This document shows, in pieces, positions 1-13,546 of a stretch of DNA of 64,000 nt; position 1 is the first letter of the stretch; the number at the start of each line of letters is the position of its first letter. The notes under the pieces were generated by a model that worked only from the letters and a program-made list of their open reading frames with translations, was not told the origin of the DNA and did no database searches. Source of the stretch: Geosiphon pyriformis uo1 (Eukaryota; Fungi; Glomeromycota); the NCBI GenBank assembly GCA_016748015.1, contig JAAOMT010000098.1, positions 263,635-327,634 on the forward strand. The letters are read 5' to 3'. Both the position numbers and the translations under genes were made by a program.

Positions 1-1881
1 ATAACAACCAGTTATCAAATAAACTGATTAAATTTAAGATTAAAAACAAAGTATTCTTATATTGTATCAAAGTAAAAAAACAATTGAATAGAAAGTTTGA
101 TCTCAAATAAAATAGTTTATTTTACATTAAAGAAATTTTTGAAAATAAAGTTTATAAATTAATATAAAACAACAAAATCGTAATTAAAACAGCATATAAT
201 AATTAACTAAAATCATATTACAATATAATATTATCATTTATCAATAATATTTCACAAATAAGAGTACAAAAAATACTAATCAAACCAAATAAAATTCTAT
301 AAAATTTGGAACTAATTATAATTATTAAAGAAAACACAAAAAAGTATATTAAAATAAAATATATAAAAACACAGTATGTATTATAAATACAAAAATAAAA
401 AATAAAAATCTTTAATTACATTTACATAATAGCACAACAATTGTTTTAAGTCATAAATTAACAACAATTAAACATAGAAATTATTATTAATTATCAAACA
501 ATTTATTATAAAAACACAAAAAAAAAAAACTAAAGATCACTTCATATTAGCAATTACAGAACTAAACAAAGCACTAGTCAGATAAGATTATAGAAAAAGT
601 AAAGAACACTTTTAAAAAAATACCAAGTACTATTCTAATAAAAAAACTAACTAAAAAAAATTGAAAGTTATAAATAAAACAATTTTTAATAGCATACTAC
701 TATTACCAATTAAAACAAAAACTGAATATTTAAGAATTATATACTGACAAATCCAAAAAATATTCAATCAAAAAATAGTACAACAGATTAAAGACTTTAT
801 TAAAAAGAAATAAGTTATATATTATATATTAAAACAATTTATTGATTACATACTGTGTTTTAAGATTATCCAAAAATATTACTACATTTAAAAATAAAAA
901 TAATAATTATTAACCAATAGAGAAAAATAACCAACTCTCAATTTAAAGACATAAAAACCAGAATTGAACAAATAATATTAAAAAAAGATGTAATAAACTT
1001 AATTTAAATAAGAATTTTAATAAAGCTCAATATTAAAAAAGAAAATAATATTACTCATAAAAAAGAATACCAAAAAAGATAAAAAAACAGATTATAAAAT
1101 AGATCAATAGAAAAATAATACTTAATAAATAAGCATATTTTTAAAAAATTACAGCACATTTCTAGAAATTAGCATATTTTCAGAAAATAGCATAGAAAAA
1201 AAGTAGAAATATATAGGATTTTATATAATACGAATTATGTATATATAGTAAAAGTATTAAAGACAAAAAAAAACAATAGTTAAAAATAAATAATTATCTA
1301 ATATTTCTCTTTTCAAAAGATAGTTTTTATAATTTAAAATAAAATTATACTTATATTAATAAAAATATTTATTATCATCTAATTCATATTGTTATTGTTT
1401 GATTAAAAAATATTAAATATTTTTGCATTATCAATAATTTATTTTGATAAAATTTAATACTTAATCATATTAAACCAATAATTCTTGATCATAATTATTG
1501 ACAAAATACTAATTTTTTATTTTTTTTCTTATTTTCTTTTATTTTTTTTATTTTTATTTTTTTTGTTGGTTACTAATTGATTAAAAAATTAAGTACTAAA
1601 TAATTAATGTTAAAAACAATTTGGTAAAAAATCTGTAAAACAAGAGTAAAAAACTTAAAAATAGCTTATTAAAAGAACATAACTACCAAAATAAATTGTC
1701 TATTATATTGAAAAAAAATTTACAGAAAAAACTATTAATTGAATTTCTGTTCATTATACAAAGAATTCAACCAAAACTTTTAGACTTCAAAACCTTCAGA
1801 AATTATCATTATTAATAATTATTAAACATCAAATTCTGGGTTTGTTATTTGCTTTAACACTCCAAATAATTACTTATAATA
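1..1881 (+). mobile_element. Decayed 3' part of a Ty3/Gypsy element: integrase C-terminus, extra ORF, PPT and 3' LTR (~1049-1881)
   Basis: 1-330 aligns by eye with the integrase tail at 16455-16790. 760-870 matches the extra-ORF motif at 17320-17430. 'aagctcaatattaaaaaagaaaataa|tattac' at 1023-1054 mirrors the PPT/LTR start at 17593-17626. 1680-1881 matches the reverse complement of the LTR end at 63429-63670. Confidence 0.75.
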
Positions 1882-2499
1882 TTGGTTTTTAAGACCAAAA
1901 AACTTTATTAAAAGTTTTATTCAACAGCCAGAATTAATTTATATTAGCACTAACTTTTAAAGAAACTAATTTAAAAACTTAGCCAATTTTTTTGCTAATT
2001 GACAAATCTTTAAAACTATTTTTTTTAAACAGTTTACCAACAATAATATTTCAATTACTCTCTAAAACTACTTCTAAAATATTAAAAAAAACTATCTAAA
2101 TTTGTTATAACTTATATTAAGAAGTTTAATAAACTTTTTATAAGAATTTGCTAATTAAAAACAAATATTTACTACTTTAATGCTCAAATTTTGGATTAAT
2201 TTATTATTGAACTAATAAGAAATCTATTAATTAGTATTATTATTAGTATTTTTTTAATTTATATTGAGAATTTTTTATTGTTTGCTGTTATTTATTTAAT
2301 TAACAAAACAGTTAACAATTTAAATTAATTATTAAAAATAAATTAATAAATACAAATTATAATCAAAATAATTATATATATTTAAACTTATATATAATAA
2401 ATAATAATTTGTTTTTATTATAATTATACTTTTAACAATTATAAATCCAATACTTTTTTACAAACTTAATAATTTATATAAAAAAACTATTATATAATA

Positions 2500-3117
2500 T
2501 TTGTAATAAATTTTTAAAATCAGTTTTTATAGAAATATTATATATTTGGTTTTTTAATTAATTAAAAATTATATAAAATTTTCAAAAAAGTAAAACTTAA
2601 ATTGTAATTAACAAAATTATTATATTTACTTATTAAGTATTATTATAAATAATCAAAAAAATATAAAAATTTATATAATTAATTTTTAAGAACAATTTCA
2701 TAAAAATATTATATATTTAGTTTTTCTATTGATCAAAAATTACATAAAATTTTAAATTAGTTAAGTTTAAATTATAATTAATGAAAATTAAAAAACAAAA
2801 ATTATAAGAATTATTTTTTAAATATTAGTTATAAATAATTTAAAAAATATAAAAGTTTATATAAATATAAGATAATATTAAATTATTATAATATTAAATA
2901 TATTAATATAAAAATATAATAAGTACTAAAATGTTTTATTAAATATTAACAAATTTTTTTTAAGTATTATTATAAGAATTCATAAATTTAAAACTATATA
3001 AAAATAAGATAATATTAAATTATTTTAATAAAAAACATACTATAGATTATAACAAATATTAAAAATTTTATTAAATATTAATAAATTTTTTTTAAAATAT
3101 TAATTATAAGTATTAAT
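2500..3117. repeat. Degenerate AT-rich tandem repeat (~171-bp then ~133-138-bp units), left part; continues at 19871-20255
   Basis: 'aaatattatatattt' recurs at ~2533 and ~2704. 'aagtactaaa..ttttatt' recurs at 2921, 3054, 19954, 20092 and 20231. Confidence 0.65.
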
Positions 3118-3270
3118 TTTCAGTATAAAGGCAGGTACAGCTGTTTTTTTTGAGAATGTTAGTCTGGGTTTGGGTGTACAGGTTTCTGGTCTGTTGTCTT
3201 CTATCATGACAAAACTACAAGCTATTGCTTTGGCTTTTAAGTGTGTTTCCTTTTTTTGTTCTGTAGACAT
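3118..3270 (+). mobile_element. LINE A, 5' piece (RNase H N-half) of a 5'-truncated non-LTR retrotransposon split by the Gypsy insertion
   Basis: Translates IKAGTAVFFENVSLGLGVQVSGLLSSIMTKLQAIALAFKCVSFFCSVD, homologous to MKAGAAVFFEDISMGLGVGVSGLMFSTLTELQAIALALECISSSRSVD in ORF 24752..25171. The frame resumes at 18640 (MFTDSQTALDA). Confidence 0.9.
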
Positions 3271-5297
3271 TGTTATTTGAGTAGAAAAACTAATCCGAAG
3301 TTATGAAAAAACATAACCAGAACATGACATAACACAGAATAGTATGCAATAATATTGGATAATGCATTATAACTTAGGATGGTGCAGAATAATGCATTAC
3401 AATATGGAATAACACAAAATAATACATAAATAACACTAGATAACATGTTGTTACCAGAGAAAATTAGAGATATTATTTAACATAAAATTATCTTTATAAT
3501 TCTTATCATTAATTAGCATATATTATTATTTCAAATTATCACTTATTACATTAACAAAATATCCAAAATTATTATTTAATTAATAATTCAATTTGTATTT
3601 AACACAAATGTAACCTAAGTGTGATGATCAATTATGCAATACTCCGAACTATGTAACATTTAAAAAGTTCACCAAAATTTGTAGAAATTTGCCGAAATAA
3701 TTGATAGTTCACCGAAATATCTAATAGTTTGCAGAAATAACTTGTAGTTCACCGAAATGTATCTTAAGTTCAGTGAAATTGTAGAAAATAGCAAAGTTTG
3801 AGTTCATAGAATAGTATTATGACAAGTTGTATAAAAGAAAAGCTTTTTTCTTTGAGAAAATGTATCTTACTTCAGATTTAATAATTAGAATTATCCTTTA
3901 TACACAAAAACAAAATAAAAATCAACTAAATTCGAAAAGCCAAATTCTTAATTATTTCCTTTGAAATTAACCAATTCTTACTAACAGTTGAAATTGATTA
4001 GCTACCAATTTCAGTAGACTGTTAAAGCACTTCCAGGCCTGGATCCGAAACAACTTCCATAAATCATCAGTTTTACTTTTTTTTTACATTTCTTTTATTC
4101 TCTTTCTTTTCTTATTATAAATTATTTGAGTAGCCTACAGACAAGAATTTCTGTAAAAAAGTTGACTTTTACAGCAAAGTAACTACACATTTTAGTAAGC
4201 TTCCAGACAAGCAATTCCTGGGAAAAAGTTGATGTTTACTACAACATAACTATACAAAGTAACTAGCACAAAATTGGCCATTCCATTTATAAGTCCAGCA
4301 GTTCAAATTATAGGAGATAATTTGAGGATAAATACAGTTATCAGAGGTTCAAACACTTCCCATAGTCGTGAATTAACAGCAGTACAACAAACATACAAGA
4401 GCTAAGAGGAGACCAAAAACCTCCAGTAATAATGTTATAATATAAGATAACTAATAATAATATAGAAGAATGAAGCAATAACAGAAATAACAAAGCAATA
4501 GTTAGCAATAACAAAATGATCAAAAACAATTCTGTAAAACCAAAAAAATGTATAAAAGTAAGTAGTTATAAAAGGTAGAAAAAAACAGACAGATAGATAT
4601 AAACCACTAGACAAAAATCAAATATTTATATCTCTTTATCATTAATATTCCATATTTATCTTCTGAAATAAATTAATTATTAAGAAATCAGAATCACAAA
4701 TTTATGTTCTCAAACTTTGTGAAATTTACATAAATTAACTATTGTTTTGTATCTTTATTCCAGGACAGATGCTCTTAGTATAACTACCTCAAACTATTAA
4801 TGATTTGGATCAATCACTTTTGATCATGGCAATTGATAATACTAATTTATCTTTTCTTTTCTTTTTCTTTCTTTTCTTTTATTTTCTTTTTCTTTCTTTA
4901 TTTTTCTCTTGTAGAGTGGCAACATAGTAAAATCAACTGTCTGGAAATAGACTTTGTGATAGTTTGGTAAAAGAAAAAAGCTTCCTCTAGGTTTTTAGAT
5001 ATTAATATTATCTTAATAGCTTACCAAAAAAGTGAAAAGACAATACCAGACCCTAATGACTGCACTAATTAGTTCAGAAAAAAAAGCTCATCTTTATAAA
5101 AAGTTGCAATCAGTGAGAACCAAAACTCTGTGTCTTATAACCAAAAAACTCAACGGGTAAATTCACAATCAGTAGATAAGACCTTCAGAGACTAATAATC
5201 AAGACTAAGTTAATGAAATTATGTGAAATACATCTTACCAATAAGTGAAAGCACCAAACATTACCATCTCTCTATCTTATCAACTATACCCATAACA
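3271..5297 (+). repeat. Gypsy1 5' LTR (interrupted by solo LTR 3449-4431)
   Basis: 3271-3448 plus 4436-5297 align with 17621-18639. Starts tgttat, ends cataaca. Confidence 0.93.
3449..4431. mobile_element. Solo LTR of a different family, inserted in the Gypsy1 5' LTR
   Basis: 983 bp absent from the 3' LTR. Ends tgttac...gtaata (decayed gtaaca). TSD ATGT at 3445-3448 and 4432-4435. Internal 20-bp and ~69-bp tandem repeats. A homologous relic lies at ~46770-47520. Confidence 0.88.
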
Positions 5298-5299
5298 TT

Positions 5300-5316
5300 T
5301 AGTGCTTTTTGTGAAG
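5300..5316 (+). promoter_or_regulatory. Primer-binding site (decayed) of Gypsy1
   Basis: tagtgctttttgtgaag starts 2 nt after the LTR. It differs by transitions only from the better-preserved TGGTGCTTCCTGTGAG of Gypsy2. Confidence 0.75.
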
Positions 5317-5329
5317 TTATAAATTCACA

Positions 5330-7300
5330 AAGACAGAGCATCCTGAAAATTCACAAAAATAGCAATTATTAAAACAATAGAAAAAAATTACACTTCATAC
5401 AGAAAAGCATTATTTTAATATTTTTGAGAAGACTTAGGAATACTCACAGAAACTGTTATTACAAAAAACCAATTTTGTGACTATCTGCACACAAAAATTG
5501 ACTGCTTTCTAGGCCAAATAACAGACATTGGGAAACTTGGAAAACAAATTCATCAAAAATTATTAGTCTACTCAACAAATACCACTACCAGAGCCATAGC
5601 TGAAACACTTTATATACTCAATAAAGACATTAAATACTATACAGAAAAATGTTATCCTTAAGTAAAACAATCAGTAAGCCCTAAACTTGAAGAATACGAA
5701 TTTGAACTCAATAATACAGCAGCCACACAAGAACAAGCTTACTCCATAGTCAACAAGAAACCAAGATTTTTTTCTCCAACAACTTCATCATACTATCAGA
5801 CACCAGAAAGTAGAATTGTATTTAACTCAACCATAGAAATCTAGACAGAAATACCATGAACTCTCAGAAATCAATACTTGTGAGATCACAACAGTTGGAC
5901 CAGATCCCTAGAAGAATATAAATTATTATTCAGGAATCTCATCCCAACAATCAATAAAACAGATAGAAATATGTTGATGTAGAAACTATCACCAACTCAA
6001 CCCTTAACTGAATTATCAACTACTTTCTCTGAAGAAACAGCTATCCTTCAGCCCATTGGGAAAATTAACAAAAAAAAACAACCAAAATTAGCACCAGAAG
6101 AACACTCTAGCATGCAAACACCAAACTTCTTAGTATTAACCAGTAAAACTCTACTTACTTACCAGATCATAGCTTACTGAGATATTGTCAAATTAAAGAA
6201 ATTCTCTGATGAAAAAAATAATGCATATACATGAATTGCAAAAGCTGAAAAAGCCATTATTGCCAACAATTGGGATGATAATAAAACTATTCAAGTGTTG
6301 CTATTTTTTTTGACTAGAACTGCAGACTCATAATATTAAAGTCTTACAGAGAAACCAACTGACTTTACTGCCTTTAAACTTGTTTTTCTGCAATACTTTT
6401 GTAATTCCAATACTCTTATCAGATTACAAAATCAGTTCAGTATCATAAAACAAAAAAATCACAAAGCAGTGACCACTTATCTTGAATGATTTAACCAAAT
6501 TCTTTGTTAAATCCAGGCTATTGAAAAGAACTACTACACTGTGGCACAAATCCTTAATCAATTTGTTAAAGGATTAAAGAGCAGCTTCTTCCGATCCATA
6601 AGATCTTACCACCTGACAAACCTACAAGAGACAGTTACTCTTGTTTGTGACTTTGAGTCAGCAGAACAAGAAATTAATCATACTTAAGCTGTTAATCTGG
6701 CTATTAATAGAACATCCAATATCAACACAAAAATAACTCAATTAAGTGAAAAATTAACTCAGAAAATTGAGGGATTTTTAGCCAGTACTATAAGACCTTA
6801 CCAGCCACCACAACAAAAGAATAGTAATAACAACAGATACCAATAACAACAAAATCATCAGCAACAACAACAATTTTGGAGATCTGATCTCCACAATTGT
6901 TAATATTGCCAAAAACCTGGACACATTATCTGGGATTGCCATAAGAAAATAATAAATCAAAATCAAGAAAATCAATATTAGCAACTAAAATACTCTATGC
7001 CTCAATATTAATCATCTTAATACTCACAATAAATTCAGTATACCCAGCAACCACCTTAGAACTATTATTAATCATTACAGCCAATGGCTCAAGCAGCACT
7101 TCAGTACCAAAACCTCATTAATAACCAATCTAAACATTGTGTAATTGATTACAACCAAGAATAAAGAAATCTCAGCAACAATCAAATGCTGACTAATAGT
7201 GTACTATTGCGATTTCTAAATTATAGTAATGCCCTATTTTGACCAGTATCAACTAGATACCCTAACTAAGTCTCATATTTTGGTTTCACTAAAAACCAGA
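5330..7300 (+). pseudogene. gag: Gypsy1 gag (capsid-like core and CCHC zinc knuckle), multiple stops
   Basis: KAEKAIIANNWDD..TIQVL and AQILNQFVKGL core motifs. C*YCQKPGHIIWDC (CX2CX4HX4C) at ~6898-6939. Confidence 0.85.
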
Positions 7301-7499
7301 ATTTTTATAGCTCTATACCTTTAAAAAGGAAGGATATAGAAAAGACTTCCAACTTTTTAAGGCAAAATCAAATTAATAATACTATTCTACTTGCTATTAT
7401 TACTAAAGATACTACCCTTGCTGCTATTTTCCCCTTTAATATTAACAGTCTGAACACAAATAGCCTTTTCAGTAGAACCATTATAAATTAAGACAAACC

Positions 7500-7880
7500 A
7501 ATCATGACTCTGTACACCAATACTAAAGTCAAAAACATAAACATTAAATTAATTCTCAATAGTGGATCAGCAGACAGTATAATAATAAAACAACTTATAG
7601 ATTAATTAGATCATTAAGTAGATTATGTTACAACTGTCCAAATTATTATTACAAATGGCAATACCAAAACCCCAATCAGAGAAATTGATAACTTTTTTTT
7701 TGAAATCAACAGAATCCAAATTCCTATAAAAGTCTTAGTTATGGAAGCTATGCAATATCAAGCTCTCATTGGAAATAACTGGTTGACCAAAGTCTATGCC
7801 ACTCTTAATTGAGACACACAGAAATTACAGATCACTTTTAATAAATAACATGCCCAAGTCCTGGCTATGTGCAGACACTT
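7500..7880 (+). pseudogene. Gypsy1 aspartic protease
   Basis: KLILNSGSADSII (D>N in DSG) at ~7547-7585, followed by ALIGNNWL. Confidence 0.85.
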
Positions 7881-8919
7881 CAAAGTTTAAAGCTCAGAAG
7901 AACCACTAATTGAATTCAAAGACACAACACCACCACCAACCATAGAAACCTATTAAGTTTTATGAACAGATGATTTCCGAACAAAGTTATCTCTACCACC
8001 AACTTGGAAAAAAAAAAAGAGAAAAGCAGAAAAAAAACTACAATCAGCACCTATAGGCTATTTTGCCTTAAGTCAAAGAAGTCAATAATATCAAACCCCA
8101 AAATTAATTTGTGTCAACTGTGAGAAAAAGTTATCTTCTATAAGCACATATATCAAAGATGACGAGGAATGGCTAACTACCATCAAACATTACTGCAGAT
8201 CTTGTGTATTGGAAAAATTTGGCAAACCAAAATAACAAGGCAAATAGGACAATATACTATGTCTTGTCTGTAGTGAGATTCTGCCAGATAAAGAACTATG
8301 AAACAATGTTCCCAGCAGAAAAAAAACATACAACAAAACATATCAATACATCATCTTGATCAATGATTGAATACAAAAAGGAACTTCAATCGACAATGTC
8401 TGAAAATAAGCATTATGACAATTGAATGGGTATTCCCATAACAAACATGAAATTTGGAGAATGGTGAGTGCAAAAGCAGAAAGTGCTACAATCAGAGAAT
8501 TACTGGAAATCAAAAACAACCCCTTATCCCTTCCAGAATCTGAATATATCATGACTTTTGATGTCTTTGGCAACATTGAAAATGATCCAAAATATTTCTA
8601 TGAGCACTATTAGAACTTGGCACTAACTAGGGAAAAGCAAAAACAAAAGCTAGCTGACTTAAACATGAAACTGTGTGATCATTGTTTAATCTCCTACCAT
8701 TTTCAGTACTGTGATGAATGCAATATCATGTTCAACCCACCTTCAAGAAAACTATACCCAATTATTGAACTACTGAAATTCGAGGTAGAAGAGGAATTAA
8801 TCACTGAGAATATGTTGTTTTAAGATCCAACTAAAGATACTAAAACAGAACAGTATCTTGCATATTTTGATTTATCTAAAAAATTAGAATTAAAATAGTA
8901 CAGTAATAATGAGAAAAAA

Positions 8920-9315
8920 ATTTGCTCAAAAAGAGCACATAACATTAATGCTGGCTTTGACTTACAATATCTAGACAATTACCCATAATTATAGCTCCAT
9001 ATTTCCTTGTAAAAATAGATCTTAAGATAGCATTAGAAATTCTTGTTAGTACAATAGTACAAGTTGTCTTTCGATCTAGTCTAACCAAAAAAGAAATTGA
9101 CATAAAAAAGGAATCATCAATGCTGGTTACACAGAAAACATCATAGTAATGCTACAGAACAATTTGAACAAACCCTATAAAATAAAATCATAAGAAAAGA
9201 TTGCTTAAGCTATCTTTTTACTCCTAATCAAAATACTCCAATTAACTCTAATAACAACTTGAAAAAAATTAGGTCTCATGGTCTGAGGAATCAATGAGTT
9301 TGGATCAAATAGAAG
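8920..9315 (+). pseudogene. Gypsy1 dUTPase domain (trimeric type), frameshifted
   Basis: All five motifs recognisable: AGFDLQY, RSSL, GIINAGYT, KIA*AIF, *GINEFGS. Confidence 0.9.
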
Positions 9316-9779
9316 AGGAAATGTACCAATCAACTTTACAGAGGAAGATAGTAACCAGATAGAACTTATCTACACTAACATAGTCATTTCCATCACTTTT
9401 TACTAACAATACATTCTCAAGATGAATCAAAAGATCCAAGATTAAGTCCAGTTATTTGAAGCTGATTTTGAAATCTGTTCTTTAGCCAATGTTGCTAACT
9501 TATATTTACTGGCCAAAGCCCATAAACACTTCAAAATCCCTATCCACAACCTCACAAAAGATGTAATTGAAATTCCCAAAGGGATTCTTGTTGGTTTCAT
9601 TTCACTAGACATCCAACATTCTGAAAAATCTCAGCTCATTCCAAATTTTGCACAGCTATTTTTATTTTGTGATATTACTTCACAAGTATGAAACTTGCCA
9701 AAAGAAAGTAATCTGTTTATGACAGAAGAAATTGACAAACTACACTTGGAAAACCTGAGTGTTTTTTAGTAAATTCAAC

Positions 9780-11463
9780 TTAAGGTTCTCTTAAATCAAT
9801 ATGCTGATGTTTTTGCCAGTAAAAATAAGTTTGGACACATTAACATTGTGAAGCATCAGATTGATATAGAAGATGCATAATCTATTAAACAACAGGCTTA
9901 TTGAGTACTCTTATCTGTTGACAATTTTATCAAACAAAAAGTCTAACAAATGTTTGACAATAGCTTAATTAAAAAATTGTTAAGCCCTTAGTCCTCCCCA
10001 GTAGTTTTGGTCACCAAAAAAAATGGAAAGGTATGATTTTGCATGAATTACTGAAAATTAAATAGCATTACCTAAGAAAATAGTTACCTTACTCCCTTTA
10101 TCCAAGAAATTCTGGACAATCTAAAAAAAAAGAAATGTTTCTTATTATTAGATCTAGCCAGCAGATATTGACAGATCAAAATGAATTCCAAAGATAAAAA
10201 AAAAATGATATTTACTACTTGAGATAAAAACTTCAAGTTTAATGTAATGCCCTTTGGACTCTGCAACACTTCTGTTATATTTTAATGCCTTATGGATGTT
10301 GTGTACAAAAAAATTCTTTAAAAATTAGTCATAGTTTACTTAGACAACACAAATGTATTCTCTGAAATGTTTGATGATCATCTGCTCCATCTTTAACAAA
10401 TCTTCAAATGTCTTCAAAATGCCAGATTAAAACTCAATCCTGAGAAATGTTTTTTTGGGAAAACCAAGTTGAAATTCCTAGGACACATAATCAGCAAAAA
10501 TGGAGTCAAACCCAATCTAAACAAGGTCCAAAAAGTTAAAGATTTTCCAGTTCCAATCAATTTCTAAGAGTTATAAGAATTTTTAAAATTGACAAAATAC
10601 TACTGCTGATTTGTCAAAAAATTTTCAACTATTGCAAAACCTTTTTACTACTTGTTGTCCAAATACGTACTATACTTATAGAAAAAAGACCAACAGAAAG
10701 CATTCAACTATTTCAAGCAGCGATTAATCACATCTCCAATCCTAATTTACTCAGATTTTACTAAATAGTTTATTGTTGCTACAAATGCCTTAAAAAATGC
10801 TTTAGGAATAGTCTTATCACAGATAGGACCAGACAATAAAGAATATCTAATTGCCTACACTAGTTACAGCACTAGCCCAGCAAAAAAAAATTACAGCACA
10901 ACAGATCTTGAATGTCTTGCCATTTATTGGGCTATACAAATGTGAAGACATTATCTTGGCTTGCCCTTTGACTTATATATTGATTATAAAAAACTTGTTT
11001 GGTTACTCAACAACTCACAACTAAAAAAAAATATGCAAGATAGAATACTTATCTGCAACAATTTTCACTCAAAGTTTATTACAAAAAAAGATTCAAGAAC
11101 ACCAATACTAACAGTTTGTCAAAGATGCCACAAACCTAATTTCAGACTCATGGACACATTGACTTATTAACAACTATATCAGTACCTATTAACACTATAT
11201 TTTAAGGAGATATTATCTCAACAGGAACAAAGTACCATATAAAAACAAGCCTGAAATTATTTTATTTAAGACAACCAACTATATTGACAAGAACACCAAA
11301 ACTGTTCCACCTCATAATGAGTTATAAAGAACAATGAAAAAGAAACTATATTACATAGTATGCATTCTAATTCAATAACAGAACACTTTAACAAAAATGC
11401 TAGTCTCGAAAGAACACTAAATTTATATTATTGGCCAACAATATACAAAGACATTTTTAAATA
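9780..11463 (+). pseudogene. pol: Gypsy1 reverse transcriptase, RNase H and integrase H2C2 start
   Basis: SSPVVLVTKKNGK, LLDLASRY*QI, VMPFGLCN, VYLDN (YLDD), KFLGHIISK, NYSTTDLECLAIYWAI and EHFNK..YYWPTIYKDI. Confidence 0.93.
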
Positions 11464-11604
11464 TAGTGAATTCTCTTTATAATCACATCTTTTGGTCAGC
11501 ACATTTGTGGTAACTATAGAGAAATGGGACTATAAAAAATGATTAATATCTTATCACATGATTTATATATTACATGCATAATATAATAACCAATTATATA
11601 TATT

Positions 11605-13164
11605 TTATTTAAAAAAGCTATCTATTTGCAACTGTTTTTTCTCTTCTTGAACTTTGAGAACAGTATTACAAATTAATGTTCTCAAAGTTTTAAAAAAGTC
11701 TGAATCAACTTTTTCACTATATTGCTTTTCACAATAGCACAATGTATCTTCAAGTGCAGTTTTACCTTAATATGTAGATAATAAAAGCAAAGATTTATCT
11801 TTATTTTCACTTTCTAAATCTTCATTTGCATTAGAATTTCCACTATACTTGTTATTAATAAGATTCACAATTTCATTCTCTGAAGCATAAATGAATAATA
11901 GTTCAAACTTGTCAATATTAATAAAGTCTATTGCTAATAGCTTGTTAATATTAATGTACTCAATAAGAACTTGTACTTTTTGTAGAAGTTCTTGTTCAAT
12001 ATCTAATGAATGGGCTGGTATTTGACTATTATTCAGAATTTTTATATGATGCCAACAGTTTTGGATTGTAGTTGTTGTTATCACTGATCACGCATCAATT
12101 AAAAAGTTAATTACATTCTTTAATATTACTGTTGATATTAAAATTTTGTCATCATACTAATTAATAAGATGAAAAAAAAACAACTTTTGGTATTGTGCCT
12201 TAAAAGATGCAATAATTCTTGCATCTAATAGTTGCAAATAGAATGTTGTATTGAATGATAGGTATCTAATCATAATATTAGATAATAAAAAAGATTCTCT
12301 ACCATGAAAACCAGCATTATCAAGCAATAGCAAAATTTTTTTTTTTTTGTGATGCATTTTTTTATTTAATAAATTAAGCTATTCACTAAAAATATTGGTT
12401 TGCATCCATGCTTTTGTATTGTAACAATAAGTAATTGGAAGTGTATTCATATTAATATTGCAAAAACATCATGGCTTTATGGCTTTGCCGATAATTAAAG
12501 GCTGCAACTTAATGCTGTTTATTGTATTATAAGCAAAAAGTATGGTAATTCAACTCTTATCATGCTTGGTGCCAGAAATAGATTTTGTTGCTAAAGTTGC
12601 ATTTGGTGGCATTCTAAAGAATAATGCTGTCTCATCAGTATTATAAACATTATTTAGATTATATTTGTTAATAATTTCATGCAGTTTCTCTCATTCTTCT
12701 GGTAAAATTTCCAAGGGGACACTGTTTGCTTCACTATGCATCTTAATATAGTGCAAATTATGATGTTTCTTGAACTTTTTTAACCAACTATTTGATGCTT
12801 TAAAGTTATTTTCTTTCGAAAACTTTTCAGCAAACTTGAAGGCTTTCATTTGTAAAATTTTTCCAGTAAGAATGCAATTGGTAACTAGTGCTTCAAGCAT
12901 CCATTCTCCCAGTACATCATTTATTTTTGGAAACATCTTTTTTCTGTTCTTTGTCAATTAACCAAAGTTGCCAGATACATTCTTTTCAATCTATCAGTCT
13001 GATTTCACAAATATCTTTGTTACAGTGGAGCAGTTAACCTTTAAATTAAATATTTCGATAAGTCTATTTGCTGAGTAGTTAGGATGCTCTAATTTGTACT
13101 GGCAGAGAGTCTTTTTAGTCTCTAAGAAGATTGCTGTTTGCTTTTGGTTTACGTTTTTTGGCAT
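11605..13164 (-). pseudogene. pogo-like transposase (CENP-B/Tc5 HTH plus DDE_1, DD31D), 519 codons with in-frame stops
   Basis: FKASNSWLKKFKKHH (Tc5 HTH), YNTDETALF, LLLDNAG, LQLLDARII. Same 1560-nt length as copy 2. Confidence 0.92.
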
Positions 13165-13546
13165 GTTAATAAGAACACACTTTTTATTTTATTTTGCTTT
13201 TATAATATGTTGATATATCTATTATGTCTCAAATGTCATTTTGTCTTATATTTAATCGAACATGTGAGGTATTTTATGTTATATAAGGTGCTTCAGATTA
13301 TAAAAAGTGGCCAAATTATAAAAATAAAAGTTTTAATTCAACTGTAGGATTTTAAGTGCAAATAACAGATTCTTGGTAAAAAGAAACTTAATTTTGATAA
13401 TACATCTGTGACATTTTTTGCCTCTTACTCTCAATTAATGATTAATAATAAAGGCTGTCAATTTAATCTTCCACATACTTGCATAATCATGTAGAAAATA
13501 ACACAATGTCATGTTTTCAAACCTTCCAAATACAGCAACACCTATA

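Noticed and set aside
1882-2300. Second PBS/gag directly after the LTR at 1049-1881 (tandem elements sharing an LTR)
   Set aside because: Only 'ttggt' matches the family PBS, and the downstream sequence is too eroded to align confidently.
3666-3785. CRISPR-like array
   Set aside because: Degenerate contiguous 20-bp units without unique spacers, inside an LTR, and no cas genes.
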